A stretch of 64,000 nucleotides of DNA from Alphaproteobacteria bacterium (GCA_016124335.1 WGNX01000004.1:144418-208417), one strand, 5' to 3'. Counted from the first letter of the stretch, positions 18,162 to 27,019 are shown. A program made the numbers and translations. The notes: a model not told the origin generated them from the sequence alone.

Positions 18162-20048
18162 CTAGATCTCCACTTGGGTTCCCAGCTCGACAACTCGGTT
18201 CGACGGAATGCTGAAAAATGCGGTGGCGCTGTAGGCGCTCCGCGACAAGGCTATGAAAAGCTTTTCGCGCCATCTCGGCATCAGCGGCTTGCTTTTCATG
18301 ACGAGGTTTTCCCGGCCGAAGAAGAACGACGTATCCATCATGTCGACCTTCAAGCCGAAGGGCTGCGCGAGGCGCAACGCGCGCGGAATGTTTGCCGCCT
18401 CCATGAACCCGTAACGTAGCGTGACGCGCCAGAAATTCTTTTCCAGTATCTCGACCTGGATCCGATCCTTCTGCGGCACCTGCGGAATCTGCTCGAACAT
18501 GACCGTGAGCAAAACCACTCTCTCGTGAAGCACCTTGTTGTGCTTGAGATTGTGCAAAAGCGCATAGGGCACGCCGTCGGGTGTTCCGGTCATGAACACT
18601 GCGGTGCCGGCCACGCGCGGCGGATTCCCCTCCCGCAAGCGACCGATGAACGGTTCGAGCGGAACGGTGCTTTCGTGCAGGCGCTCGACGAGGATACGGC
18701 GACCGCGCTTCCACGTCGTGAACGTCGCGTAAAGACCTGCTCCGACAAGGAGAGGCATCCAGCCTCCGTCCGCGATCTTGACGAAGTTCGCCATGAAGAA
18801 CAAAAGATCGACCGACAAAAACACGACGGTCACGGCCAGCGCCTGAAGGCGGCTCCATCCCCAGATATGCCGCGCTACGACATACGCGATCAGCGTCGCG
18901 ACGCACATTTCACCGGAAACCGAAACACCGTAGGCCGAGGCAAGCGCCGACGACGACTGGAAGCCCACAACCAGTGCAATGACGCATGCGCACAACAGCC
19001 AATTGACGCGCGGAATATAGATTTGGCCGATCTCGGTTTCAGACGTATGGCGGATCTCCATGCGCGGGAGATATCCGAGCTGGATCGCCTGACGCGATAG
19101 CGAGAATGCGCCTGTGATGACGGCCTGCGAAGCAATCACGGTGGCTGTCGTCGCGAGAAAAACGATGGGAAGCAGCAGGACATCCGGCACCATCAGGAAG
19201 AATGGATTTGCCGACGCGTCCGGTTGCCGCATGAGAAGTGCACCCTGACCGAAATAGTTCAGCAAAAGCGCCGGCTGCACGAAACCGACCCACGCCAACC
19301 GTATAGGCCTTTTCCCGAAATGCCCGATGTCGGCATAGAGCGCTTCGGCCCCGGTAAGCGCCAGAAAGACTGCGCCCATCACGAGAAAACCGCGCCACCC
19401 GTCGCTCAGCAGGAAATGAAGACCGTAGTATGGATTGATGGCGACGAGCACATACGGCGTCTGCACGATCGAAAATATCCCGAGCGCCGCAAGCACGAGA
19501 AACCAGATGATCGTGACCGGTCCGAAAAATGCCCCGACCAATGCCGTACCGTAGCGCTGGAACATGAACAGGCCAATCAGGATCACACATGAAATCGGCA
19601 CGACGTAGTGCTCGAGATCCGGCGCCGCGACCTTCAATCCTTCCACGGCGGAAAGCACGGAGATGGCCGGCGTAATGATCGCATCGCCGAAAAAGAGTGA
19701 CGCACCGAAAAGCCCTGCCGCCATAATCGGCACGCCACGATGAATTCCGGCTGGTGCCGCTTTCATCGCGAGTGCCATGAGAGCGAACATCCCGCCCTCG
19801 CCGCGATTGTCGGCACGCAGGATATAGGTGACGTATTTCAGCGTTACGACGATGACCTGCGTCCAGACAATCAGGGAAAGCACGCCCAGCACGTGGCCGA
19901 GCGAAGAATCCATCGGATGAGGTCCGGTAAATGCTTCGCGCATCGTGTAGAGCGGCGAGGTGCCGATATCGCCAAAGACGACGCCAATCGCGGCGACCGC
20001 AAGCGGCAACAGCCGCTTCTCCGCATCCTGCGTTTCGCTGGCACTCAT
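18162..20048 (-). CDS. kup: KUP/HAK/KT potassium uptake transporter
   Basis: 628 aa. N-terminal IGVVFGDIGTSPLYTMREAF, about 12 TM segments, and a C-terminal cytoplasmic domain ending ...VELGTQVEI. Confidence 0.95.
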   Translation of the reverse strand: MSASETQDAEKRLLPLAVAAIGVVFGDIGTSPLYTMREAFTGPHPMDSSLGHVLGVLSLIVWTQVIVVTLKYVTYILRADNRGEGGMFALMALAMKAAPAGIHRGVPIMAAGLFGASLFFGDAIITPAISVLSAVEGLKVAAPDLEHYVVPISCVILIGLFMFQRYGTALVGAFFGPVTIIWFLVLAALGIFSIVQTPYVLVAINPYYGLHFLLSDGWRGFLVMGAVFLALTGAEALYADIGHFGKRPIRLAWVGFVQPALLLNYFGQGALLMRQPDASANPFFLMVPDVLLLPIVFLATTATVIASQAVITGAFSLSRQAIQLGYLPRMEIRHTSETEIGQIYIPRVNWLLCACVIALVVGFQSSSALASAYGVSVSGEMCVATLIAYVVARHIWGWSRLQALAVTVVFLSVDLLFFMANFVKIADGGWMPLLVGAGLYATFTTWKRGRRILVERLHESTVPLEPFIGRLREGNPPRVAGTAVFMTGTPDGVPYALLHNLKHNKVLHERVVLLTVMFEQIPQVPQKDRIQVEILEKNFWRVTLRYGFMEAANIPRALRLAQPFGLKVDMMDTSFFFGRENLVMKSKPLMPRWREKLFIALSRSAYSATAFFSIPSNRVVELGTQVEI

Positions 20049-20194
20049 TCTTTTCCGTCCGGACCCGTCATTTGCGCGGACATTGCCTCAATTCGATACA
20101 ATGACGCCAGCCCGACGTCTTTGGACGGGACACGCGGCGTACGCCCCCCGTATATATAAGAGATGATCGACGGCGACGAATCTGCCCACGCACG

Positions 20195-20812
20195 ATGACT
20201 GATCGAACCTCGGAACCGGCAATCAACCTGCCTCCCTACACGCTTGCGCTAGTCGCTGCGAACGTCTTGCTCTTTGTCGGGCTTTCGGTGCTTTCCGATG
20301 ATGCCCGATGGACCGCCATCGATTTGCTCGGATTCGTACCCGGTCGGTACTCCGGCACGTCGGCGCTGTCTCCTGTCGCCCTGATTGCGCCGGTTTCATA
20401 TCAGTTCATTCATGGCGACTGGGTGCATCTGACGATAAACATGGTGAGCCTTGCCGCCTTCGGCGCCGGTGTGGAGCGGCAAATCGGCGGCGGCACGATG
20501 GTTTCGGTCTATCTCCTGTGCGGCGTTCTCGCCGCAGCGGCACATTTAGCCGTTTATCCGGAAAGCATCGAACCGGTCATCGGTGCATCTGGCGCGATAT
20601 CCGGGCTCATGGCCGGCATCCTGCTTCTTCTGCGGTCGACGCGTGCGGCCGTGTTCCGGATCGCCATCGTTTGGGGTATCGCGATGACGGCACTCGGGAT
20701 CTTGGGAATGCCGGGCAGCAGCGGGACTCAAATCGCGTGGGTCGCGCATCTCGGCGGATTTGTCGGGGGCCTTATCCTGTTCCGCATCTTCGTCGGGAGT
20801 GAAAGGCAATGA
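20195..20812 (+). CDS. Rhomboid-family intramembrane serine protease
   Basis: 205 aa, 6 TM. HGDWVHLTINM, catalytic GASGAISG and HLGGFVGG. Confidence 0.85.
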   Translation: MTDRTSEPAINLPPYTLALVAANVLLFVGLSVLSDDARWTAIDLLGFVPGRYSGTSALSPVALIAPVSYQFIHGDWVHLTINMVSLAAFGAGVERQIGGGTMVSVYLLCGVLAAAAHLAVYPESIEPVIGASGAISGLMAGILLLLRSTRAAVFRIAIVWGIAMTALGILGMPGSSGTQIAWVAHLGGFVGGLILFRIFVGSERQ

Positions 20813-21849
20813 ACGGTGCGTTCCGGAAGCTCCGGCGGGCGATGCTGCCCTTGGACGGGACGATCGCCGATTGGGTGCCGGAAATCATGGACGCGTTTGC
20901 GCGCATTCATCCCGTGCGCGAGTGGCCCGCGATGACGATGGTCGACTTCACTGCAGGTTCCTGTCTCATGCCCGCCTTATTCGCTGCGTCCGGCGTGCGG
21001 CGCTTGATCGTAAATGACTTTGCCGCCCGATCCTATGTCGCTGCGCGCTTCCTGTTCGGTGGCCGAAAGATATCGATGGATCGCGTCGCAGGCATCCTCA
21101 AGTCGTCGCGGCCAAAATCGAAGCGGCACGTGCCGACGTTTCATTTCGCCTGCGACTACTTTCTGGAACCGGTCTGCGAAATCTTTGATCGGCTCTATCA
21201 CGCCGACGTCCCGGAACAGGAGAAAATCGGACTCCAATATCTCGCAATCCGATGGGCACTCGGTTTCGCCCGAACGGCAGAGGATGGTTTTGAAATCCTT
21301 TACTCTCATGACACGCGCTTGCTTGCCCAAATGCGCGATGTCGACTGGCGCCCATATCTTTCCCGAATGCGCGGCTACAGACGCGTGATCGCCACGCTCG
21401 TTCGCGAACTCAACGCGTCAATCGATGCGATCGGAAACACACAGGCAAAAATCCACTGCGCCGACATGATCGACGTTGCCGAGAAGCTTCGACTGTCAAC
21501 TCCGGTTTTCGCCGCGGTCAATCCGCCTACGCGGGGCCTCGACGAATATACGATCGACGACCAGCTTGTTCATTCGCTGATGGCGAACCGATGGCTGCCC
21601 TTGTCCAAGATATCCGAATCCCCGCTCGCCTTCTGGATCCGGCGCGTAAGCGCTGCGCTCGAGCATCTTCCCGAGAACGCCTTTTACATGGTGTGGGGCG
21701 GCGACGGATCGATGCATTGGCGCGAGTGTTTCCAGGTATGGGCGCTCTTCGGCGAGCCGCTTCACATCTCACGACTTGGGCAAGGCAACGACGCGCCGGG
21801 TTGGGCGATATTCAAGCGCACAAAGGATGGATTGCAGGAGTCGACCTGA
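20809..21849 (+). CDS. Hypothetical protein with degenerate D12/Dam-like N6-methyltransferase architecture
   Basis: 346 aa. ATGA overlap with the rhomboid stop. Motif-I-like MVDFTAGSC...LIVNDFAARSY, a LQYLAIRWALGFAR block, and motif-IV-like IHCADMIDVAEKL...VFAAVNPPT (NPPT instead of D/NPPY). The function call is tentative. Confidence 0.55.
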   Translation: MNGAFRKLRRAMLPLDGTIADWVPEIMDAFARIHPVREWPAMTMVDFTAGSCLMPALFAASGVRRLIVNDFAARSYVAARFLFGGRKISMDRVAGILKSSRPKSKRHVPTFHFACDYFLEPVCEIFDRLYHADVPEQEKIGLQYLAIRWALGFARTAEDGFEILYSHDTRLLAQMRDVDWRPYLSRMRGYRRVIATLVRELNASIDAIGNTQAKIHCADMIDVAEKLRLSTPVFAAVNPPTRGLDEYTIDDQLVHSLMANRWLPLSKISESPLAFWIRRVSAALEHLPENAFYMVWGGDGSMHWRECFQVWALFGEPLHISRLGQGNDAPGWAIFKRTKDGLQEST

Positions 21850-21967
21850 TTCCCAGTCGCAGGCGCATGCCCCTTGCGGATTGCAAATTAGCGCCTATCT
21901 TCGATGGATATGGTTGAGTTCCCCCACTCATCCATAGACGGTTGATCTGAATTGATTGATCGTCCAA

Positions 21968-22000
21968 GGCCCCGGCGCATCCCCCCATCGCGCCGGGGCC
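21968..22000. terminator. Perfect 11-bp GC-rich hairpin between convergent genes (likely bidirectional terminator or stabiliser)
   Basis: GGCCCCGGCGC-atccccccatc-GCGCCGGGGCC. It lies 10 nt after the stop of the minus-strand methyltransferase and about 120 nt after the plus-strand gene. There is no strong U-tract. Confidence 0.45.
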
Positions 22001-22010
22001 GCTTCTCGCA

Positions 22011-23231
22011 TCATGATCCCGGAATCCGCACCTGCACGAACGATCGGCGCCAGAGCGTGCCAAGGATCGCGCAGGCAACGGCTCGCTTTTGCTCGATCGG
22101 TCCGTCGAAACGCCAAGCTTCAGCGCAGGCTTCGACAGTTCGAGCGCCATCGATCTGTGCAAGGAGTGGCGCGATGTCCGGCGAGATCGACAAGCTGTCG
22201 CTCGCGCGCGCAATGACCGGGGCGTCCGAATTGGCAAGCGTATCGATATTCGTCGTGCCCACGCTCCACGAAGGTACGTACGCAGGCGCGTTTGTCCCGC
22301 CCCAATCGATCGCATAGGTCTTGGGATCGCGCTCCGGACGGCAGTAGACCGCGGAATGAAGCATCGTGTCTTGCACGAATAGATCGACACATGCCCATCG
22401 ATCGCGCTCGGGAAGATTGGCAAGACGCGCGGCAAGAGGATGATCCGGCGGAATGCGCCCGTCCGGATAGTACATTCGGTTGTCGCCCCACCCTTGGAAG
22501 ACGAGCCCAGCCTGCCCTGCAAAGTCGATCACTTCGTCAGTCGTGTAAGACCTGTCGACCGGGTGAAACAGCGTGTCGATGATACCTGCATCGTGCTCGA
22601 GATCGCCGGAACGCTGACGATGCCAATTCAGATAGTGGTCCTTCGGCAGGGCTTCGAGAACCTTCCGGGCAAATGCAATGTCGTCCGCGGATTTCGCGCA
22701 GCCAAGCCGCTTGAAGAACTCCTGCATCATGTACACGCCGATGCGCGCATATCGTCCATAGAGCATCACATGGATCGCGCCATCGATCGCCAAGGCGTCG
22801 CCAAGCGCCTTTAGGCCCTCGATCGGATCCGGAATGTGGTGAAGGACGCCCGTGGATACGATCAGGTCAAACCGCTCGCCGAGTTCGGCGGCACGGCGCA
22901 AATCTAGCTGGAGCAGCCTGAGATTTGTGAGTCCGTGCTTGCCCTTCAGATATGCCTGATGCTCGAGGCTGGGAGCCGATAGATCAATCCCCAGAACCTC
23001 GGCGCGTCGATTCGTGAAAGCCAAATGCGCCGCCTGGTTCGTTCCGCACCCTGCGACGAGTATGCGCATTTCAGGCCGATATGGGCGATCGGGCCAGTAG
23101 CGGTAGTGAAAATGAAACGGATCCGATGCATCGACGCCACCGGCTTCGATCGCTAGAGCCAGGTCATCGAGCGGTTTCGGATATCGATATTCTGAATAAA
23201 GCCGTTCAACGTCGTCCGTCGATCCAGCCAT
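22011..23231 (-). CDS. Class I SAM-dependent methyltransferase with about 200-aa C-terminal extension
   Basis: 406 aa from ATG 23231. SAM motif I ILVAGCGTNQ, GIDLS, FDLIVSTGVLHHIPDP. The C-terminal end ...SISPDIAPLLAQIDGARTVEAC... is PqqD-like. Confidence 0.85.
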   Translation of the reverse strand: MAGSTDDVERLYSEYRYPKPLDDLALAIEAGGVDASDPFHFHYRYWPDRPYRPEMRILVAGCGTNQAAHLAFTNRRAEVLGIDLSAPSLEHQAYLKGKHGLTNLRLLQLDLRRAAELGERFDLIVSTGVLHHIPDPIEGLKALGDALAIDGAIHVMLYGRYARIGVYMMQEFFKRLGCAKSADDIAFARKVLEALPKDHYLNWHRQRSGDLEHDAGIIDTLFHPVDRSYTTDEVIDFAGQAGLVFQGWGDNRMYYPDGRIPPDHPLAARLANLPERDRWACVDLFVQDTMLHSAVYCRPERDPKTYAIDWGGTNAPAYVPSWSVGTTNIDTLANSDAPVIARASDSLSISPDIAPLLAQIDGARTVEACAEAWRFDGPIEQKRAVACAILGTLWRRSFVQVRIPGS

Positions 23232-23301
23232 GACCGAAATCCCTGACGGTTGGTGCAAAGAGGAACACTGACAGTCAAATTGCTTTGCGTCGGCGCACCG
23301 G

Positions 23302-24213
23302 ATGCCTATTCTAACCATGATGCCGCTTCCGTCACATGGTCGATACGATTACGCTCCGATTTCCGGACGGCCCCTCTACGATTGGCCCGGTCGCAAGCGT
23401 CTCGCCGTATATATCGGCCTGAATGTCGAACATTTCGCTTTCGGCGAGGGGCTTGGTGCCGAGCTTGCGCCTGGCGGCCCACAACCGGATATCCTGAATT
23501 TCGCCTGGCGGGATTACGGCAATCGTGTCGGCGCATGGCGGATCATCGATCTCCTCGACGAGCTAGCGCTGCCGAGTTCGGTTCTCGTCAACTCGGCGAT
23601 GTACGAATATGCACCGGCCCTGATAGCCGCTTTCCGAAAGCGGGGCGACGAAATCGTCGGTCACGGTCGCAGCAATGCAGAACGACAGGGCGTATTGGAC
23701 GAGCCATCCGAAGCGGCACTGATCGCCGAGGCTGCGGGCGTGATCGCCCGACATGATGGGCACGCCCCCAAGGGATGGCTTGGCCCATGGATCAGTGAAA
23801 GCCGGATCACACCCGATCTGCTCCATGAGGCCGGCTTCACGTACCTCCTGGATTGGTGCATGGACGACCAGCCGATATGGATGAAAACCCGCCGCGGCCG
23901 GATCTTGGCAGTTCCCTATCCGCAGGAACTCAACGACATTCCGATGATCGTTGGGCGAAAACTCGGCGGCGATGCATTTGCAGACCTGATAATCGACAAT
24001 TTTGATGAAATGTTTTCGCAATCCGCCAAGCAACCGCTTGTCATGGGAATTGCCCTTCATCCCTATTTGGTCGGACAGCCCTACCGTCTCCGTCATCTTC
24101 GCCGTGCGTTGAAGCATATTTGCAATTTTAGAGACAAAATCTGGCTGACCACCTCCGGGGCGATTGCCGAACACGCCGCGGCCTTGCCAAGCGGGGTCGT
24201 ACCCGGTGGCTAG
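23302..24213 (+). CDS. Polysaccharide-deacetylase-family protein (PuuE/allantoinase-like subgroup)
   Basis: 303 aa. ...RYDYAPISGRPLYDWPGRKRLAVYIGLNVEHF... and ...HGRSN...GIALHPYLVGQPYR.... The start could also be ATG 23317 or 23320. Confidence 0.8.
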   Translation: MPILTMMPLPSHGRYDYAPISGRPLYDWPGRKRLAVYIGLNVEHFAFGEGLGAELAPGGPQPDILNFAWRDYGNRVGAWRIIDLLDELALPSSVLVNSAMYEYAPALIAAFRKRGDEIVGHGRSNAERQGVLDEPSEAALIAEAAGVIARHDGHAPKGWLGPWISESRITPDLLHEAGFTYLLDWCMDDQPIWMKTRRGRILAVPYPQELNDIPMIVGRKLGGDAFADLIIDNFDEMFSQSAKQPLVMGIALHPYLVGQPYRLRHLRRALKHICNFRDKIWLTTSGAIAEHAAALPSGVVPGG

Positions 24214-24306
24214 AGCCGGGAATTTGCATTTGGCAAACTGCGGTATCCCGGCGCGATTGCAAAATGCCAAGCCAAGTCGAACGACGTCGACTGGTGCCGA
24301 TGTTGC

Positions 24307-26385
24307 TTGAAGAAATTAGCCAACGGTGTAAATCGGTTGGCCGGCTCCAATCGGTACATATCTTCCAGCCCCGGGCACTCAACTGCCGTGACCGACACGA
24401 TCGCGACTGCCGCTCGACCCGCGCCGGACTTTTCCGTTCCGTTCGGCCCGGAATATTCGATCCGGCTTGATCAGCCGCTCGTCGAGTATTCGCGCGCGTG
24501 GGCGCCGTGCTTTACCGTCCGGCACACCGAGCACTCCGATCTTCCCCTCATGGCTTACATCTGCGCACCGAACCCCGGCGTGCGCATTGAGACGGCGAAA
24601 TGCATCCGGTCGATCGAGCGCAGCGGTCTTCTCAAGCTGTTCCACCATGGCACGCTGTCGTTGCCCGGGAAGCCAGATCACTACGCGTTCGTCTATGAAA
24701 AGCCTGTTGCTCCGCCGCCGCCACGCAAACTTTGGGGCAGCTACAATGCCAAGACGCTGACCACGAATCTGATACGGCCGGTCATTGCAGCGCTTGGCGA
24801 TCTGTTCGCGGCCGGTCAGGCACACGGCGGAATCCGCCCCGACAATCTCTATTCGATGGATACCAAGCAAACCCTGTTCGTTTTGGGTCCGCCGACATTA
24901 TGCCCGCCCGGATACGACCAGCCCGCCGCATTCGAAACGATCGAACGGGCGCTCGCCAAGCGCGAAGCGAAAGGACAGCCGGGTCCAGCGGACGATCTTT
25001 TCGCGCTGGGCCTTACGATCTACTGCCTTGCATCGGGCAAGATGCCCGGCGAGGGATTTGACGAGCGCGACGTGATGCAAAGGCGCTTGCGCTACTCCTC
25101 GCAAGCCGCACTTCTGGATACGGCCCAGCTGCCGCGCGACCTCTACGACCTCGTCATGGGTCTTACCGAAGACGACGTCCGGCAGCGTTGGGACATGCAG
25201 AAAATGACCGAATGGGCCGCCGGGCGAAAGCCGGAGTCGCCGCAGCGAACAAATCTCGGGCGGCGGCGCTTCACGCTTCGGGTCGGATCGGCCGAATGTG
25301 ACAACGCGAGAGAAGTCGCTAATGCGATGTACCTGAACCAGCCGGATGGTACCCGGATGGTAAAGGAGGGTCAGATCGACAAATGGCTTGTCGAGAATGG
25401 CCTGACGGGCGAGCACGGTGCCGCCAACGCCGTAAAGCTCGGTTCGGTCGATGACGCCTTGGCCGATGCACTCGAACTTTCGCGCGCGATCGTGCGATGC
25501 GACCCTTCCGGTCCGATCCGGTACAAGTCGCTGTCATTCTATCCGGCCGGCGCCGGCTCCCTGCTTCAGCAGATCGTCAACGACCCGACGCGCCGCCAGG
25601 AATTCGCCGAGCTTCTTCAGGGCAAACTCGTGTCGTACTGGATGAAGTCGGCCGGTGCGTTCGGCCTGGTCGACATCGCCGCCAAGCGATTGCAGGAGAT
25701 CGAAAAGAACTTCGAACGCCACGGCGACAATCTGGAAGCGGCACTCTATAAACTCAACCCAGACGCGCCGTGCCTCTCGCCCGCAGTCGGTGGCAGATGG
25801 ACGGCGACCCACATGGATCTCGCCGAGCCGATGGACCGCGCCTGCTCGGACGAAGACCGGCCGGCACTGGACCGCCACATGGTGGGCTTTTTCGGCGCGC
25901 GGGCCGAAATCTCGGATCGGGCACTGAAGCACTGGTACAAGCTCGGCGAGCCGACGAAAAACGCGGCACCTTCCGTGCTTCGCGTCGCAGGCCGCTTCCA
26001 GCAGGATTGTCAGGGAAAGCAGTTCCCGAATCTCGCGAAAGTCTGCCTGCGCATGGCCGACAAGGTCATCGAGGACATCCACCATCCCCAGACACGCGAG
26101 AAGCTGCGGCAGAAAGTCGTCCAGCAGGCGACATCGGGAAACGTCACGGAAATGTTCGACATCGTGATGGACGAAGAGGTGCGTGCCGCCGATGAAAAAG
26201 CTTTCAAGGACGCCAAAGACGAATTCGACCGGCTCGATGCGATGCTTGCGGACAGGGAAGGTCTCCTGATGCGCGCAAAGCGGATGGGTCGCGAGCGCGG
26301 GATGGAGGCCGCTTACGGCCTGCTTTCGCTCGCCTGCATCGCCGGATTGATCGTCATGATGTTCGTCGAACTGGGCGGACGATGA
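24307..26385 (+). CDS. Tail-anchored protein-kinase-like protein lacking catalytic residues (predicted pseudokinase) with large helical C-terminal region
   Basis: 692 aa with a TTG start in the track; GTG 24388 is also possible. Kinase subdomain VIb-like AHGGIRPDNLY (HRD Asp absent), no DFG, subdomain IX-like DDLFALGLTIYCLASGKMP. C-terminal coiled coil followed by the TM helix AAYGLLSLACIAGLIVMMFV, 7 aa from the end. Confidence 0.7.
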   Translation: MKKLANGVNRLAGSNRYISSSPGHSTAVTDTIATAARPAPDFSVPFGPEYSIRLDQPLVEYSRAWAPCFTVRHTEHSDLPLMAYICAPNPGVRIETAKCIRSIERSGLLKLFHHGTLSLPGKPDHYAFVYEKPVAPPPPRKLWGSYNAKTLTTNLIRPVIAALGDLFAAGQAHGGIRPDNLYSMDTKQTLFVLGPPTLCPPGYDQPAAFETIERALAKREAKGQPGPADDLFALGLTIYCLASGKMPGEGFDERDVMQRRLRYSSQAALLDTAQLPRDLYDLVMGLTEDDVRQRWDMQKMTEWAAGRKPESPQRTNLGRRRFTLRVGSAECDNAREVANAMYLNQPDGTRMVKEGQIDKWLVENGLTGEHGAANAVKLGSVDDALADALELSRAIVRCDPSGPIRYKSLSFYPAGAGSLLQQIVNDPTRRQEFAELLQGKLVSYWMKSAGAFGLVDIAAKRLQEIEKNFERHGDNLEAALYKLNPDAPCLSPAVGGRWTATHMDLAEPMDRACSDEDRPALDRHMVGFFGARAEISDRALKHWYKLGEPTKNAAPSVLRVAGRFQQDCQGKQFPNLAKVCLRMADKVIEDIHHPQTREKLRQKVVQQATSGNVTEMFDIVMDEEVRAADEKAFKDAKDEFDRLDAMLADREGLLMRAKRMGRERGMEAAYGLLSLACIAGLIVMMFVELGGR

Positions 26386-26960
26386 GCACTGGCTCGCCAT
26401 TCCGTCGCCGGCTCCTGCTCGGCATCGTTTTCCTTCTTGTCGCGTCGATCGCCGGCTCGCTAATCGCCGCGATCGTCCTTATCCATCCTTCACTATTGAT
26501 ATTCATTGGCGGCGCACTCGTGCCGACTGCAATGCCCTTCATGATGAAGCATCCGCAGCGCAATTTCCTGTGTTGGGCTTCGGGAACCGTCACGGTGGCC
26601 GCGATCGCGCCGATCGTCACCGGCGGCCTTTTCGATCCGGCGCGTCCCGTCCATACCGAGCCGCGGTCGTGGGCCATCGCGCTTGGAGCGGCATTTTTCG
26701 GGTATTGCGTCGCCTTGGTAAGCCCGTGGCTGGGCGAGCGGATCGCCGTCGCCCGCCATCGTCTAAGTGAAATCAAATTTGACCGTCGTCGCGCGGAGTT
26801 GATCGAAATCTGGACCGAGCAGCGACTTCGAAAGCCGGCCAGCCAAAGACCTCAAATCGGCAAGGACTTTGTATCGGAAGAAGACGAAACGCCGTCCGAT
26901 CAGGACGGGCTTGCGGCGTCTCCGCTACCGGCCGAATTGCCCTCAAAGCCGGCGGCTTAG
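26382..26960 (+). CDS. Four-TM membrane protein with acidic/Pro-rich cytoplasmic tail, unknown function
   Basis: 192 aa. ATGA overlap with the pseudokinase stop. Four hydrophobic segments are followed by RHRLSEIKFDRRRAELIEIW...EEDETPSDQD. Confidence 0.6.
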   Translation: MSTGSPFRRRLLLGIVFLLVASIAGSLIAAIVLIHPSLLIFIGGALVPTAMPFMMKHPQRNFLCWASGTVTVAAIAPIVTGGLFDPARPVHTEPRSWAIALGAAFFGYCVALVSPWLGERIAVARHRLSEIKFDRRRAELIEIWTEQRLRKPASQRPQIGKDFVSEEDETPSDQDGLAASPLPAELPSKPAA

Positions 26961-27019
26961 CGGAATAACGCCTTCTTGGGCTGGAATCCGGCGGGGCATC
27001 CGCATATACAGGGGCCGCA

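Noticed and set aside
18160-18906. Upstream part of the 471-aa ORF containing the Vat-like acetyltransferase
   Set aside because: That part is in the opposite reading sense to the kup 3' region and is Arg-rich. The acetyltransferase homology begins at ATG 18159.
21850-21967. Mini-ORFs (16 aa plus strand, 39 aa minus strand) considered as RiPP precursors for the RRE-like methyltransferase
   Set aside because: They have no Shine-Dalgarno sequence. They lie beyond a strong terminator-like hairpin, and one overlaps the 3' end of the neighbouring gene. Nothing distinguishes them from chance ORFs.
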